Assembly: GCA_965153285.1 (NCBI GenBank)
Contig: OZ229113.1
DNA: 64,000 nt
Source of the DNA: Podarcis tiliguerta
Taxonomy: Eukaryota
Direction: 5' to 3' (one strand)
Part shown: positions 1-12,388 of the stretch, in pieces
Layout of the letters: every line of letters starts with the position of its first letter
Numbering within the stretch: the first letter of the stretch is position 1
Translations under genes and position numbers: made by a program
The notes under the pieces: generated by a model
Seen by the model: only the letters and a program-made list of their open reading frames with translations
Database searches by the model: none
Told to the model about the DNA's origin: nothing

Positions 1-719
1 ACACTTCATCGAGGAGAAAGAAAGTTAAAAATAAAATAAAATGAAGCTTTCTAACTATCAGAACACCCCTTAGCTGTTAAAAAACTTTTTTGGTCGAAAA
101 CAAAACATGATTTTGTTTTGCTTTCAGCCTTTTGTCTATTCCTAAGATAACAGTCAGCTCACACTTCAGAATTTCAACCAGCAGACGGATCACCCCAGTT
201 GTGTTTGATAACAGTTTCAAAAGTAATTAGAGAAAGGGAGAGCTTTGCCAACCTTATGCCCAAGAGCTGACCCTGAGGGCTATAATGTGGTTTGGGGGCA
301 TGGTGGAGGTTCCTCTGCTCTAAGTCACTCGCCTGCATCCAGGTCCCGCAAGACTTCTCAGTCTCTCGGCATGGAAAGTGGCTTTTTCAGAGCACCAGAG
401 ATTCACCCCTGGTTCTCTCTATTTTTCCAGAGAGAATGTGATAACTAAGATTCATGGCTTTCGTATCATTAATCACCATGTAATTATACATGTTGAAATG
501 TCAGCAGAAGATTTCTACTCTGCCATTTTCCTCTCCAGAACTTTCTAAAACTTTGAAACTTTTAAAACCACAGTTACACAAATGGAACACGAGTGTGGAT
601 GAGCTCTCTAGGTCTGCCTTCTGTTGCTATCTCTGCCACCCTCCATGAGTTGGAAGGGGACTGTTTGGTGCCTGCTTCTACTCAGCTGTCCTGTTTCTAT
701 TTAATCAGGTTCCTTATAT

Positions 720-1047
720 GTTGTTGTTGTTGTTTAGTCATTTAGTCGTGTCCGACTCTTCGGGACCCCATGGACCAGAGCACGCCAGGCACTCCTGTCT
801 TCCACTGCCTCCCACAGTTTGGTCAAACTCATGTTGGTAGCTTCGAGAACACTGTTCAACCATCTCGTCCTCTGTCATCCCCTTCTTCTTGTGCCCTTCA
901 TCTTTCCCAACATTAGGGTCTTTTCCAGGGAGTCTTCTCTTCTCATGAAGGGGCCAAAGTATTGGAGTCTCAGCTTCAGGATCTGTCCTTCCAGTGAGCA
1001 CTCAGGGCTGATTTCCTTCAGAAAGGATAGGTTTAATCTTCATGCAG
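720..1047 (-). mobile_element. Bov-B (RTE-BovB) LINE, 5'-truncated 3' end
   Basis: Bov-B 3' sequence with (CAA)n tail on minus; minus frame TDPEAETPILWP; 14-bp TSD CAGGTTCCTTATAT at 706-719 and 1045-1058. Confidence 0.93.
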
Positions 1048-1057
1048 GTTCCTTATA

Positions 1058-1410
1058 TAGGAATGGGCAAATATAACAATATAGTGTCTCTCAGTTTTTC
1101 ATTTTTCTACTCTTATATTCAGTTCTCCATATTCCCAAATTAGTTTGCATTTAAAAACTAAACTAAAACTAAACTAAAAGCCCTCATTAAAATTCATCAG
1201 CATTTTAGGGTGATTTCCCCCCCTGAATATATACATCTTTGAATGCAATTTTGTCCAACGTGCACATTTTTACAATGCAATTTTCCTTAAGAAAATGCAT
1301 TTTCGTATCTTTCCCCCTACTAATATATACATTTGTATGCATGCTTTGTTATATGCATTTTTGCACACACTACTTGGCTAGGAGATTGCATTGCAAAATT
1401 CAGGCTAAAT
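1058..1410 (-). mobile_element. non-autonomous DNA transposon fragment (TAGGGATG-type end, hAT-like)
   Basis: Begins TAGGAATGGG; reverse complement resembles 20828-21026 (ends CATCCCTA) and 23645-23915. Confidence 0.6.
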
Positions 1411-1423
1411 TAGGCACAGCATG

Positions 1424-1628
1424 GAACATAAGAACATAAGAGGAGCCTTCTGGAACAGACCATCCAGTCCAGCATCCTGTTCTCACAGTGGCCAACCAAG
1501 GACCTATGGGAAGACCACAAACATGACCTGAGTGCAACAGTACTTTCTCCTTCTAATGCTTCCAGCAACTCGCATTGAGAATCATAGTTCCTCTGACCAT
1601 GGACACAGAGTATAGTCATCGTGGTCAT
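1424..1628 (-). mobile_element. CR1 LINE 3' UTR fragment
   Basis: AACATAAGAACATAAG octamer tail plus CCAGCATCCTGTTCTCACAGTGGCCAACC; related copies at 35260 and 52388. Confidence 0.8.
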
Positions 1629-1688
1629 GCCATTTTCACCTGTGTGTTCACACATAAAGCCTTTCCACCCCATTTTCAGCAAATCTGA

Positions 1689-2115
1689 ATTTATTTATTA
1701 ACTTTATATCCTGTCCTTCCTTGCAAAGAAGCCCAGGGCAGCAAGCACACCAGCAATAAAACAATCAAAAGGTCTAAAATCAACTGAAAAAGAATTCCAA
1801 TAGAGAAACAGACTGGGAAGGAGCTCTGTTTAAAAGATTTGTTGAAAGAGGAAGGCGTTTGTTAGGCATGAAACAAAAGAAGTGGTGCCTGTGTAATATT
1901 CAAGGGTAAGGAACTTCAAAGGGTAGGCGCCACAACGCTAAAGACCCAGTTCCTATATTGTGCAGAATGGGTCTCCTGATAATATGGTATCTGTTTGAGG
2001 CACTTGCCTTTACAGTACAGTGATTGATTAGGTGAATAATGGGTGAATAATATCTATCAGATATTCTGGTCCCAAACTGTTTGCAAAAGAACTAGCACCT
2101 TGAATTGAGCCTGGA
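1689..2115 (-). mobile_element. L2 LINE 3' end fragment
   Basis: AT-rich tail and ORF2 C-terminal remnant AGCACCTTGAATTGAGCCTGGAA (FKVL-type motif on minus). Confidence 0.7.
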
Positions 2116-2217
2116 AAAATAAATATTTGGATGATTTTTTAAAAATTAAAATATATAAATGCATATGCATATTTTCACATCATTTTCTCTCAAAGTACAC
2201 CTATCAAATGTTAAAAT

Positions 2218-2221
<4 letters not shown>

Positions 2222-2257
<36 letters not shown>
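2222..2257. repeat. (TC)n microsatellite
   Basis: 18 perfect TC units. Confidence 0.98.
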
Positions 2258-2259
<2 letters not shown>

Positions 2260-2262
<3 letters not shown>

Positions 2263-2394
2263 AGCCAAAAACGGTGTAGTAACATTTGGAGAAGTACAAA
2301 ATTCAGTGTTCTGATGTGCATTCTGATCTAGAAGGTGCAAATCAGGTCAATTCCTAATGGAATTCACAAAAATCAAATTTCTCAAGCATCCCTA
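2260..2394 (-). mobile_element. hAT-like MITE terminal fragment
   Basis: Ends CATCCCTA, the same terminus as 21019-21026. Confidence 0.5.
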
Positions 2395-3314
2395 GCTGGG
2401 TCATCGAGTCCCATGTGTTTGTAATAGCCCTTGAAAATCTATGTAATGACTAAGAAAAACAGTAAAATTGCAGACTTGCACAAAACTGTCTTGAATATAT
2501 ATTTTTAAAGCATAATTTATGCTTTATTGCAAGATAGTCTTGAAGCACAATATTTATACCCAAACCAGTTTTGTGACTATATTTCCTCCTCGATTCTGTC
2601 TCATTGGGAAATATTGTTTAATTTGGTTGTTTCATATTTTCCAGTAAATAGCTTGCTGGGTCCGAAAAAGCATTTTAAAATATTAATGCTGCTGAAATGA
2701 TCACAAACACAACATGTTCCAAATCTTGTTTATGAGTGACAGAAATAAGGTGACATTGTTAAATAATTTACAAGGACTTTGAAGACCTTGAAGAAATGGG
2801 AAATGGTGTATTCAGTAGGTGGTGTAAGAAAATCACAACTAATTAGGGAAGGAGCTTTCAAGTTAAAGATATTGGTTTTGGAGGATAAAGAAAAAATACA
2901 TATCTGCAGAAGGATGTGGTTTCCAATATATTTTCAGAATGCTGGATGATAATTGCAGTAACTGGTAAAGAATGGAAAATGACTCCTTCAAGTCCATCTC
3001 CTGAGCATTCATACTGGTGAGAAAACAGGTCTCTGAGTTCAAGTACCAATAATCTTGATAGATACCATTTGATTAGCTACTGAATCTGATAGACACAGAT
3101 TCAGATTTGTCTTGGTGTACCTCAAAACCATCACCAACTTCAGTTTCCAAATGGTAGGTTCCATCTGTGGGGCTACTGTTAGAATTCCTGTCTCAACTAA
3201 CCCAACCAATCATGGCATTCAAACCACAGATGTCCTTTCCAAATGCATCAATTCTGCTAAATATTCCCTCTGCGGGTGCTTGAGGCTCACAGGAGAAACA
3301 GCAATAGCACATGG

Positions 3315-3535
3315 TGCAGTGGGGTGGAGACACTTACCTGATCTCCTAGGAGGTGAGTCACGCTACTTACTGAGGCAAGGAGGCAGAGGGAAGAGGTGGC
3401 CAAGGGGGTGAAAATGCAGGAGCCCCAGATTGACTCGGCTAGTGTGTTTGCCCCATTGCCCCCCCCCTCTTCCCAGTGAGAAGCAGTGACTCACTTGCCA
3501 AGTGGTCAAGAAAGCACTTCTGCCCTGCTATGTCA
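3315..3535. mobile_element. decayed palindromic element (old MITE)
   Basis: Imperfect inverted arms: GGTGAGTCACGCTACTTACTG versus CAGTGAGAAGCAGTGACTCACT. Confidence 0.5.
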
Positions 3536-6500
3536 TCCATATTGGGAAATAGTGCACAGGTTGAAAGTTCATGTCAAGCTCAGAGAGTACAGAACCTTGG
3601 ACAGCTCCAATGGGCTCTGCTAAGGCAGTGAACAAACATGCTATCTCCATAGGGAGCTAGAGTCAACTGAAACGTCACACCAGCTGATCAGACATAGTGT
3701 TTGGAAGGCTTCACTGCTCCGGAGGTGTGAAAGGGTTCTCACCTGCTTTTATAACCAGTGACTTCTGCTAGGCTGGGGCCACAAGAGATATTTGAGGGGA
3801 TTCCAAGAATGATGGAAGGGCTGTGTTCTCTGGCCAATAGGGTACTGAATGATGTACTGTTGCTTCTTCCTGCAAGAAATCATCATTAAGCTTGTGCCCA
3901 TCAGAATTCTCTACCATGTGTTACAACAACTTTGGTTCAACAGTCATGATGGTCTTTTTTGCTAACTCCCCAGAGCCATCTGTGAAGTCTCTTACCACAA
4001 CTTTGCTTTCACCACCAAGGTGAAATTTAAAGGTGTGAGCTTAAAATGCCTGCTTTACGTATGGTAGCTTGCTCATTAATAGACAACGGACACAAATGCC
4101 CACACAGTTCAAAAGCCATCAGTGAGAAAAAAACTGGCAGCCAAGTAGACTTTTAATTCAACCTGACTTTATCCATTCTGAATAACCTGGAGCCATCAAA
4201 ACTACAGATCTAGTGTTATAAGTGATGCTGGAAGCTTCTGAGTATGCCATATTTATTTATTTTACAAAGGACTGAGATTATTTTTGGGGGGCGGGGGGGG
4301 GGGACATGCAAAGAATGAACTCATTCCAAATCAAGATTTTTGTTTTTTAAGGGAGGCAATATTTCCCCCTCCTTAATTTCAACCCTATGATGCCACATTT
4401 TATTCCATGTGCTTTTTATTACACAGCTATTTCTTTGTAGTCATGTTCATCCTGTAAATGACAGCAAGATAAGGGATAAACTTATTTGACAGATACCTTT
4501 GTGAACTACAGTATCAACACAGACACGCTACAAGACATCACTCTTTTTCTTGCATATATCCTAAAATTTACTTCCATTTGGAAGCTATGTGCTGTGCTGA
4601 ACCTCACGGTGATTTAAGGCCTGCCATTTATCAATTGAAATATCTCTTAAGAGAAAATACAGCTTAAACATGTGAAGGCACAAAAATACATTGAGAGGTA
4701 GATAGACAATTTAGATCAATTTTCCTGTTTCACTTTAGACCTCTTCATAGACTTGAAGCACACCTTGGGCTACATTTAAATAGAAGAAATCTATTTAGAA
4801 CTTTAGCAGCTTTAAAAGCTGGAATTTCAAGAAATCCATTTTAAGGTATTGCATTTCAATCAGCATTTATTTTTATACTCAGTAAGACCTGGCATAGTTT
4901 TAGTTTATTTCTGGCTATTGAAGGTTCATTTTTTTAAACAGAGAAGTACTCAACTGACAGTTTGTTTATTTAGTTAACTGAATATTATTTATTCTATGCT
5001 GTTCAGTGCAATATGCTCTGCTTTACAGTGAATAGTGATGCAGGTGAATCAGTTTATATTGTTGTCAGCAAGGTAGGCCCAGCCATATATTCTTGGATGA
5101 AAACAATGATTTAACCTTGAGAAGAAATCAGGTCTTTCAGAATGAAATCATAGTACCTCTTTACAATTTTGTTCTAAGGGGCAGTTTACAAAACAAACAA
5201 ACCGAAAGCTACTTTCATTAATTGTGCTTTCTTGATCTTCATAAATACTTATCTTAAATATATTTAATTGGAAGCAAATCCACTCATTTCAACTGGATAA
5301 TCCTGATGAGATATCTGGGATTGCAGCTTCAATCCTCATTTAATAATCTTGAAATATAGGAAGAAATAGAATCCTTAGAAAAAAATAGATAAAAAATAAT
5401 CCCTCTGGTTTTTGAGATACCAAACCTTGTCCAAACATATATGTATCTATTTTCACATCAAAGAAGGCTAGAAACTTGTAGGTTTTAAGGGGCAATAACA
5501 ACAAAGATTCTTGGGAACCTGAATTCTGTAGCCAATCCCAAATTCTGCTGATTTTCAGCATATGTTTAGAACCATAAAAGACATACTGTAGCTTTGGTAA
5601 TACAAACATAAACATAAGCTACCAAGGAAAGTTGCTTTAGAGCCCAAATATATTTAACTGCACATGAGATTATAACATAAGGCTACTTTATTTTGTTTTG
5701 AACAAAGGAGATTTGCTCTTCTCTCATTCTGTACCAATTTCACAATCTCATGGATTTCAGGTCAATTTCAGTAATGGACTTCTATGCATGCTTCCCCGAG
5801 GAAAGCACTAGGAACTGTTGGCATGAGCACACATAGTGAAATGTACTTTTGTGCTTTGCAATGCATTTTTTTTTGGTCCACTTTATGTTCTCTGGAGCCC
5901 TTTTAAACCACATGTGGAAATGGCAAAGGGAAAACTAAGGCATCATTTCACAGTCGCAGTTATGACCAGAGAACTCCGAGAGGCTTGAGAAGCGAGGGTT
6001 CAGTTATCATGGAAAGGCAGTTAATTACTGGCTAGATTTACAAGGCTGCGCAAGCAACGTGTGCAGTGCGTTTTCTAAGCATTATTAAGAATGTAAGCTT
6101 AATATTGTTGTGTCAGTACAATATTGAAATTATGCTCTTGGGGGTACATGGTGTTTGGAACAGCAGGGTTGCTTCCTTCCCTCCCACCCTCCAAGCATTT
6201 TAAAAAGAATGAGTCAATAAAAGCAAATTATTTCCAAAATTGGCTTAGCATTTTTATGTTCCTTTGAAGCTTCTGGCACATATGTGCAGCCTGGTATTCC
6301 AGAGGAAATAATGATGTTTGAAATGGATGAAATTCCAGTACAGCTACTGGACACTGTCTTTTCAAAACAAGAGAAATCTTTACAAGTCGCTTCTAAAGAT
6401 GTTTACTGGGGAGCAAAATAATGTCAAGGTCAATTGGAGATACTTGCACATAAATGAGAATGTAGTCTTAAAAAGGGAAGAATGCTATTCATAGTTGTTA

Positions 6501-7818
6501 TGGAAAAACAGTTGGCCATGAGCATTGTGTAGTTTCATTGCAATAACCTGGCACAAGAGATAGAATTGCAACATCAGTTACCTGCCAAATGCATATCAAG
6601 GAAAAATAATGATATGAAAAATTATTATTATAATGATAGACCTGCACCTGTTATTTTGCATTGCAAGCCAATGTTGGCTACATTTCAAAAACCAAATAAA
6701 TGTTGTAGCTGCACATGAGAATTCACTGCCAATCAACCTGGTCTCTTTATTGCCTAAAGCTGAATGTTTGCAAGGCTACAGGTTTTCCATCTGTTACTGA
6801 AAAGAAGAATACTTGGGATGTAGTCCTTAAAACACCTTCTGCAATGCAGTCTTACTGACCCAATAAAGACTGCATTTTGCATTTCCACAGGAGAATTGTG
6901 CTCTACCTTTCTGTATATTTGCAATGTATTAGGGTGAACATAATGCAAAATTAGCCATTTCAGAGCTATTATTCAGTGGTTTAATTAAGCACTAATCTAA
7001 CTGACAAACTTCCATCAGTGCTACAAAGGGGCATAATAAGATCACACAATTAAAAACTGGCACACAACAACATAGCGATTTGGACTTTGTTTGCCAAAAG
7101 TCACTCTAAAAAAAAAAAAAAAAAAGAAAAGCGAAAAATCCATGACCAAAATAGTTATACAAAATGTGAAATTTCAAATATGTTCTGTAATTTTAAAATC
7201 TATTTTGAGTGTACCCTTGATTGTGTCTTCATCTCTATTTTAAAAGTTTGGTGAAAGGTTGACCACAGCTGCTAGCCTTTTCTCTAAAGCCTACTTGTTT
7301 AGAGTAACATCTGAAAAGGGGCTTTTGTGGCCTCATAACGACCATTACAGTGCATAGCCCTAGGCTCTCTGCACACTGGGAATACAGCTGTACACTCATA
7401 GATTTCCTTTTCAGATCTCACACTAAACTTCTTTTATATTCTTCGGGTTTAGGCTGACAGAGACAGGCCTTCTATCTCCTTCATACATTTAGCATGGACA
7501 TGTAGACAAATGCTTCAAAGGGGTTTGTTATTTGGGGGACATTGCTCGGTAGGACTTCCCCTTCCTTTCCTTACACTGTAGCCCCCACAATATACTTTGG
7601 ATGATAAGGGGGGCCCTCTGAAGCAGATTTGGAGGCATGGGGGGAGAATAAGAGGGGGAAGCCTGCTCACATGACATTGAATATCATCCTATGTTTTCAT
7701 GTTTTTCCTAGTCTTACATATTTCTCTATTTTTTTAAGCAGTAAAAAATCATTTCAACAACAAACTTATGCTTTCTTGAAGTTTGGCTGTAATTCTACCC
7801 TCCAGCTGTTGCTGTATA

Positions 7819-8044
7819 CAGTGGTACCTCGGGTTAAGTACTTAATTCGTTCTGGAGGTCTGTTCTTAACCTGAAACTGTTCTTAACCTGAAGCACCACT
7901 TTAGCTAATGGGGCCTCCCACTGCCACCACACCGCCGGAGCATGATTTCTGTTCTCATCCTGAAGCAAAGTTCTTAACCCGAGGTACTATTTCTGGGTTA
8001 GGGGAGTCTGTAACCTGAAGCATATGTAACCCGAGGTACCACTG
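7819..8044 (+). mobile_element. Tc1/mariner (pogo/Tigger-type) MITE, family A
   Basis: 18-bp perfect TIR CAGTGGTACCTCGGGTTA, TA TSD on both sides; three more copies in window. Confidence 0.95.
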
Positions 8045-8082
8045 TATTTAAAAATGTTACTGACCTACCAACCAAACAATTA

Positions 8083-8145
8083 CTAAAAGGAATTCTAATC
8101 CACCTTGCATGATATGCAAATGAATAACAAAGATGTTTCTATATA
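8083..8145 (+). repeat. 63-bp direct repeat, copy 1
   Basis: 58/63 identical to 10678-10740. Confidence 0.95.
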
Positions 8146-8221
8146 ATAAATTATGGAAATAAATTATGCTCACTGGCAGCTCCCTGAGCTGGCCAGCTAG
8201 CAAAGAAGACTCAATTCAAAC

Positions 8222-8327
8222 TTTGGGGTATGATTCCTGTCAACCCCAGTCAGCATGGTCTCAATGGTCAGGAATAATGGAGGTTGTAATCCACAACATC
8301 TGGTGGTCACCACATTGTCTACCCCTG
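8222..8327. mobile_element. short palindromic hAT-like MITE fragment
   Basis: Contains ACATCTGG and ends CCCCTG; related to 54563-54650 and 57140-57265. Confidence 0.6.
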
Positions 8328-9189
8328 ATGTGATGTATAGTTTGTACCTTGGTGTATCTACATGCTAACATTTCAAATGACTTAATGTACAGGAAGGGCA
8401 AATCATTCTTTTTCAAACCAACTGCATGCCATTTGCTTTGAATTTTGTTTTCTTCATAGTGCTCATTCATTGCTTCCACACTGAGTTGACAAATTACATG
8501 AATCATAACAAGCTTTTGATAATCGCAGTGATCATCCGAATGTATGAAGCTGCTGGCGATAGTCACTGCATGGTGAGTCGCCACAGATGATTCTTTCTCA
8601 CTACCTCAGGCAGGCTCCCTCAAAATGAAAATCAATTTTCTGAGAAGTAATGAGTGCAACAATTCCCCACATGGTGACTGACTGATGCTGGCACTCTGAA
8701 CATGTGCTTGAGCTCACCCACAGAGGATAGCCACTCTAAATATTAACAACCCTTTTAAGGTGTGATTTCAAAGGATTTCTTCTGTCATGGTTCAACAGAC
8801 CAGCTTTTGATCCTTTTCCAGTGGGTTGGCTGCACAGCACAAATTGGAAGGACGTTAGCACAAGGCAAAATGAATGAGATTAACAGTTAATTCAAGGTTT
8901 ATGACTGCCATTCATGATTCTGGATTAAATATGCCAATGTAACACACTTTCAAGAAACAGATTAGTGCCAAATATTTCCACCATGGCAACATATTTTACA
9001 TAGAATGGATTACAGGCTGAACATGCTGAATACAACAGTTGTGAATCCCCCCCCCCTTTTGCTGCAACCTGTCTCAATTTTCCCATTGTTCTATTCCTGA
9101 ATACAGTAATTGTTCATACGGAAGAAACTAGAAAAATAAAGCATTGAATGTATGCACCAAGCAAAGAAATCTAGAGACTCAGATAAAGC

Positions 9190-10490
9190 TTGGAAGACTT
9201 AAGGCCAAATGACAGGTAGGACCATAGTCAGTGGTATGGCATCTACATGTCCCAAAGCCTCAGGACAGGATAGAATCCAACAGAAATGCTGAAACCTGGC
9301 TTCAATTTCTCCCTTGTGACACACTTTCACAGCCTCCTCTTGCAGTGTTGGAAACAAGAATCTGTGCCACAAGACTTGCACAACTCTAGCATTGGAGAAC
9401 AAAGGTGACTGTCATGACTGTAACAACTAACATAGAATACCCCTGCTGATTACTGTTGGGAAAACCTTTGCCTGTGCAGTTCTTAACAGATTACAGTCAC
9501 TTGCAGACAGGGTCTATCCCAAGTCACAATTCTGCTTTAGAGCTCAGAGGTCAACAGGTGACATGATTTTCTCTCTGCACCAATTGCAGGAGAAATGCCA
9601 GCAGCAGAGATGCCCCTTGTACATTGCCTTCATAGACCTGATGAAGGCCTTTGACCTCATCAGCCAAAAAGGACTCTTCAAAGTGTTCAACCAGGCAGGA
9701 TGCCCACCTAAGCTTCACAAGATGATTGTGTCCTTCCATGAGAACATGTGTGGCAGCGTCCAGCATGACAGCTCATCCTCAGACACACTCTCTATAAAGA
9801 GCAGTGTGAAACAGGGCTGTGTTTTTGCTGCAACGCACTTTGGCATATTTTTCTCCCTGGTGCTCTCAGCTCAACTGAAGGCAATGTATATTTTCATTTG
9901 AACAGTGACTGGGGTCTGTTCAACCTGTCATGTCTCCATGCCAAGACAAAATGTAGGGTCCTTATCCAAGAGATATTGTTTGCACATGATGCAGTATTGA
10001 CAGCACACTCCACCAAAATTCTGCAGAGACTCATCAACTTTTGTCCAAGCCTGCGTGGAGTTTGCCCTCACCATTAGCCCAACGAAGACCAATATCCTGG
10101 GTCAGGACATCACCAGAACTCCATGCATCAGCACTGGTGACCGCATGCTTGAAGTGGTAGACAATTTCATCTACCTGGGTTCCACCATAACCAGCAACCT
10201 CTCCATTGGAAGAATGTGATGCTAACGTCCAATACCAAGAAAGAATTCTACCAGACTTATGTGCTGAGCACACTGCTTTATAGAAGTGAGTTGTGGTCAA
10301 CTTACATCCACCAGAAGCCATGCTGTACAGCCTTCCACATGTGCTGTGTCATGAGCATTTGGGGTATCATAATGAAGAACTGAGTCTCAAACAAAGATCT
10401 GCTCTCCCAAGTCACATTCCCAGTATGTTTGCACTCCAGTCTCAGTGATGTCTATGCTGGCTTGGTCTTGTCCACAGAATAAAAGATGGA
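9190..10490 (+). mobile_element. RTE-clade LINE ORF remnant (non-BovB, AviRTE-like), degenerate
   Basis: Motifs in order: KASGQD, LLLQCWKQESVPQD, RSTGDMIFSLHQLQEKC..YIAFIDLMKAFD, VKQGCVFA, FIYLGSTI, WLGLVHR; stops and frameshifts present. Confidence 0.9.
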
Positions 10491-10677
10491 AAATGCACAT
10501 TTATGAATTGTTTTTTATGCCTAGGAAGCAGAGGAATCTTTTTTTTTTTTAATTGCTTGAAATTTCACTTGGCTTACCCTGGTTTGCTCTAATAATCAGC
10601 CTTTACTGAACATATGAAGGCATTTCCAGAAAGCTTCTGAACTCATGGAATAGAGTACCAAAGCACCAGCAAAAATG

Positions 10678-10740
10678 CTAAAATGAATTCTAACCCACCT
10701 TGCATGATATGCAAGTGAATAACAAAGATGTTTCCATACA
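10678..10740 (+). repeat. 63-bp direct repeat, copy 2
   Basis: 58/63 identical to 8083-8145. Confidence 0.95.
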
Positions 10741-11287
10741 AAATCTGATAAATTCCCTCTCAGATCCAGATGCTACTTTGTAATGTATGTTTACTATTTA
10801 CTGTTTCTCAATTCATAACATCATATGTGATTTTACAGCTCTTCATAAAGTGAAGGAAAAGATTTTTCACATTGCACTAAAGTACTGAAGTCAGAATTAA
10901 CTGTTAAAAGGTAAGATCTAATTTTGAAGAACTTGAATAGTACAGGGTTGTACAGGGTTGTGGAGGAAATGGACTTTGTTTATACAGACTCTGCTTTTAT
11001 TAACTGCTGTCTATTTTATGAGAATACATGTTTTTCTTGTCTGTTAAATTATTTAAATTATCCTCCCCTGCCTGCCCCAAAACTCAGTACAATGTTTGGA
11101 GGCATTTTGCTCCACCCTGAAAACCCTACAAACAAGTGTGTTTAGGATTGTATCCTTACAGCAAACTCCAGATCACATTTCCTCAGAAGTCCTACTGAAT
11201 TCAAAAGGGGAAAATACTTAGGATTGCAGGCTTAGTGATTAATTTAATGATAGCCCTATTTAGGGCCCATGTTTTGTGTGGAAATCT

Positions 11288-11458
11288 CATAGAATCATAG
11301 GACTGTGGAGTTAGAAGGGACCCAAAGGGTGATCTAGTCCAATTTCTGAAATGCAGCATTTATGACAGATGGCCATCCAACTTCTACTTAAAAACTTCCA
11401 AGGAAGCAGAGTCTATCACCTTCCAAGGGAGTCTGTTCCATGGTCAAACAGTTCTTAC
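11288..11458 (-). mobile_element. CR1 LINE 3' end
   Basis: CATAGAATCATAG (reverse complement of ATTCTATG octamer tail); homologous to 26520-26759. Confidence 0.88.
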
Positions 11459-11696
11459 AATATGTTGAAAAGTCTTACAAACCATACTGAAAGCTTTGTA
11501 TCCACAAATGCTTCCTTGTTACTCTGGGGAAACTGTTGCTGTTTGAAAGACTGGTCTATCTCTGAATGTATGTCTGCTCTACTCTCATTAATGTCAATCT
11601 AGATTAAGCTAGAGATTGAGGCACACAGCAATTGTGTATGTTTCATTCTCTTCAGTGTCAGGAAAAGTTCTGAACAAACCATTTTGACATTAATAT

Positions 11697-12000
11697 GGGT
11701 CTTCTCAGTGGCTGCTCCCAGACTTTGGAAATTCCTTTCTAAAAAAGTTAGATTGCTTCCCTCTGCTGGCACATAATACCTTCATATTCCAATAGGCTTT
11801 GGGGAACTGACTGTTTTTACTGAGAGGGTTGGTTCCATGCTGTTTTTACTGTAATTATCTGCAGGTTTTTAATAGAACATATGTGTGTGTGTGGTTAATT
11901 GTTTATTAATTAATGTCTCCCCCCCCCATGATTTTAGCTTTTCTTCTTTGAACTGTATGCTGCCTTGAGTCCCTGTCAGGAAAAAGGGCAGGATATAAAT
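11697..12000 (+). mobile_element. L2 LINE 3' end
   Basis: FSVAAPRLWK motif and GCCTTGAG...AAAAGGGCAGGATATAAAT tail. Confidence 0.72.
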
Positions 12001-12016
12001 GCATATATAAAGATAA

Positions 12017-12388
12017 TACCTCAAGGATCACCTTTCCCCATATGAGCCAACCTGGACCATGCAATCATAACCCGAGACCCTTCTTTGTGTGCCTCCTCTG
12101 TGAAAAGTCTGGAGGGTGGCAACATGAGAAAGGGCCTTTTCTGTGGTGGCTCCCTGCTTGTGGAGTGCTTTCCCCAGAGAGGCTTGCCTGGCACCATTGT
12201 TACATATTTTTAGATGCCATATTTGTATTTCCTCAGGTCTTTGGCTATTTAATCTATGGCCTTTTAAACTGGGAGGGAGTTATTGTTTGTTATTATGCTA
12301 TATATATTTGTGTTTTTATATTGTAAACTGCCTTGTGATCTTTGGATGAAGGGCAGTATAGAAATTTAATAAATAAAATAAAACAAAA
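12017..12388 (+). mobile_element. L2 LINE 3' end
   Basis: YLKDHLSPY and APCLWSAFP motifs; tail GGATGAAGGGCAGTATA plus A-rich run; homologous to 30030-30672. Confidence 0.82.

Noticed and set aside
10839-10910. 72-nt plus-strand exon candidate with AAG|GTAAGA donor
   Set aside because: Stops in all three frames and a weak pyrimidine tract
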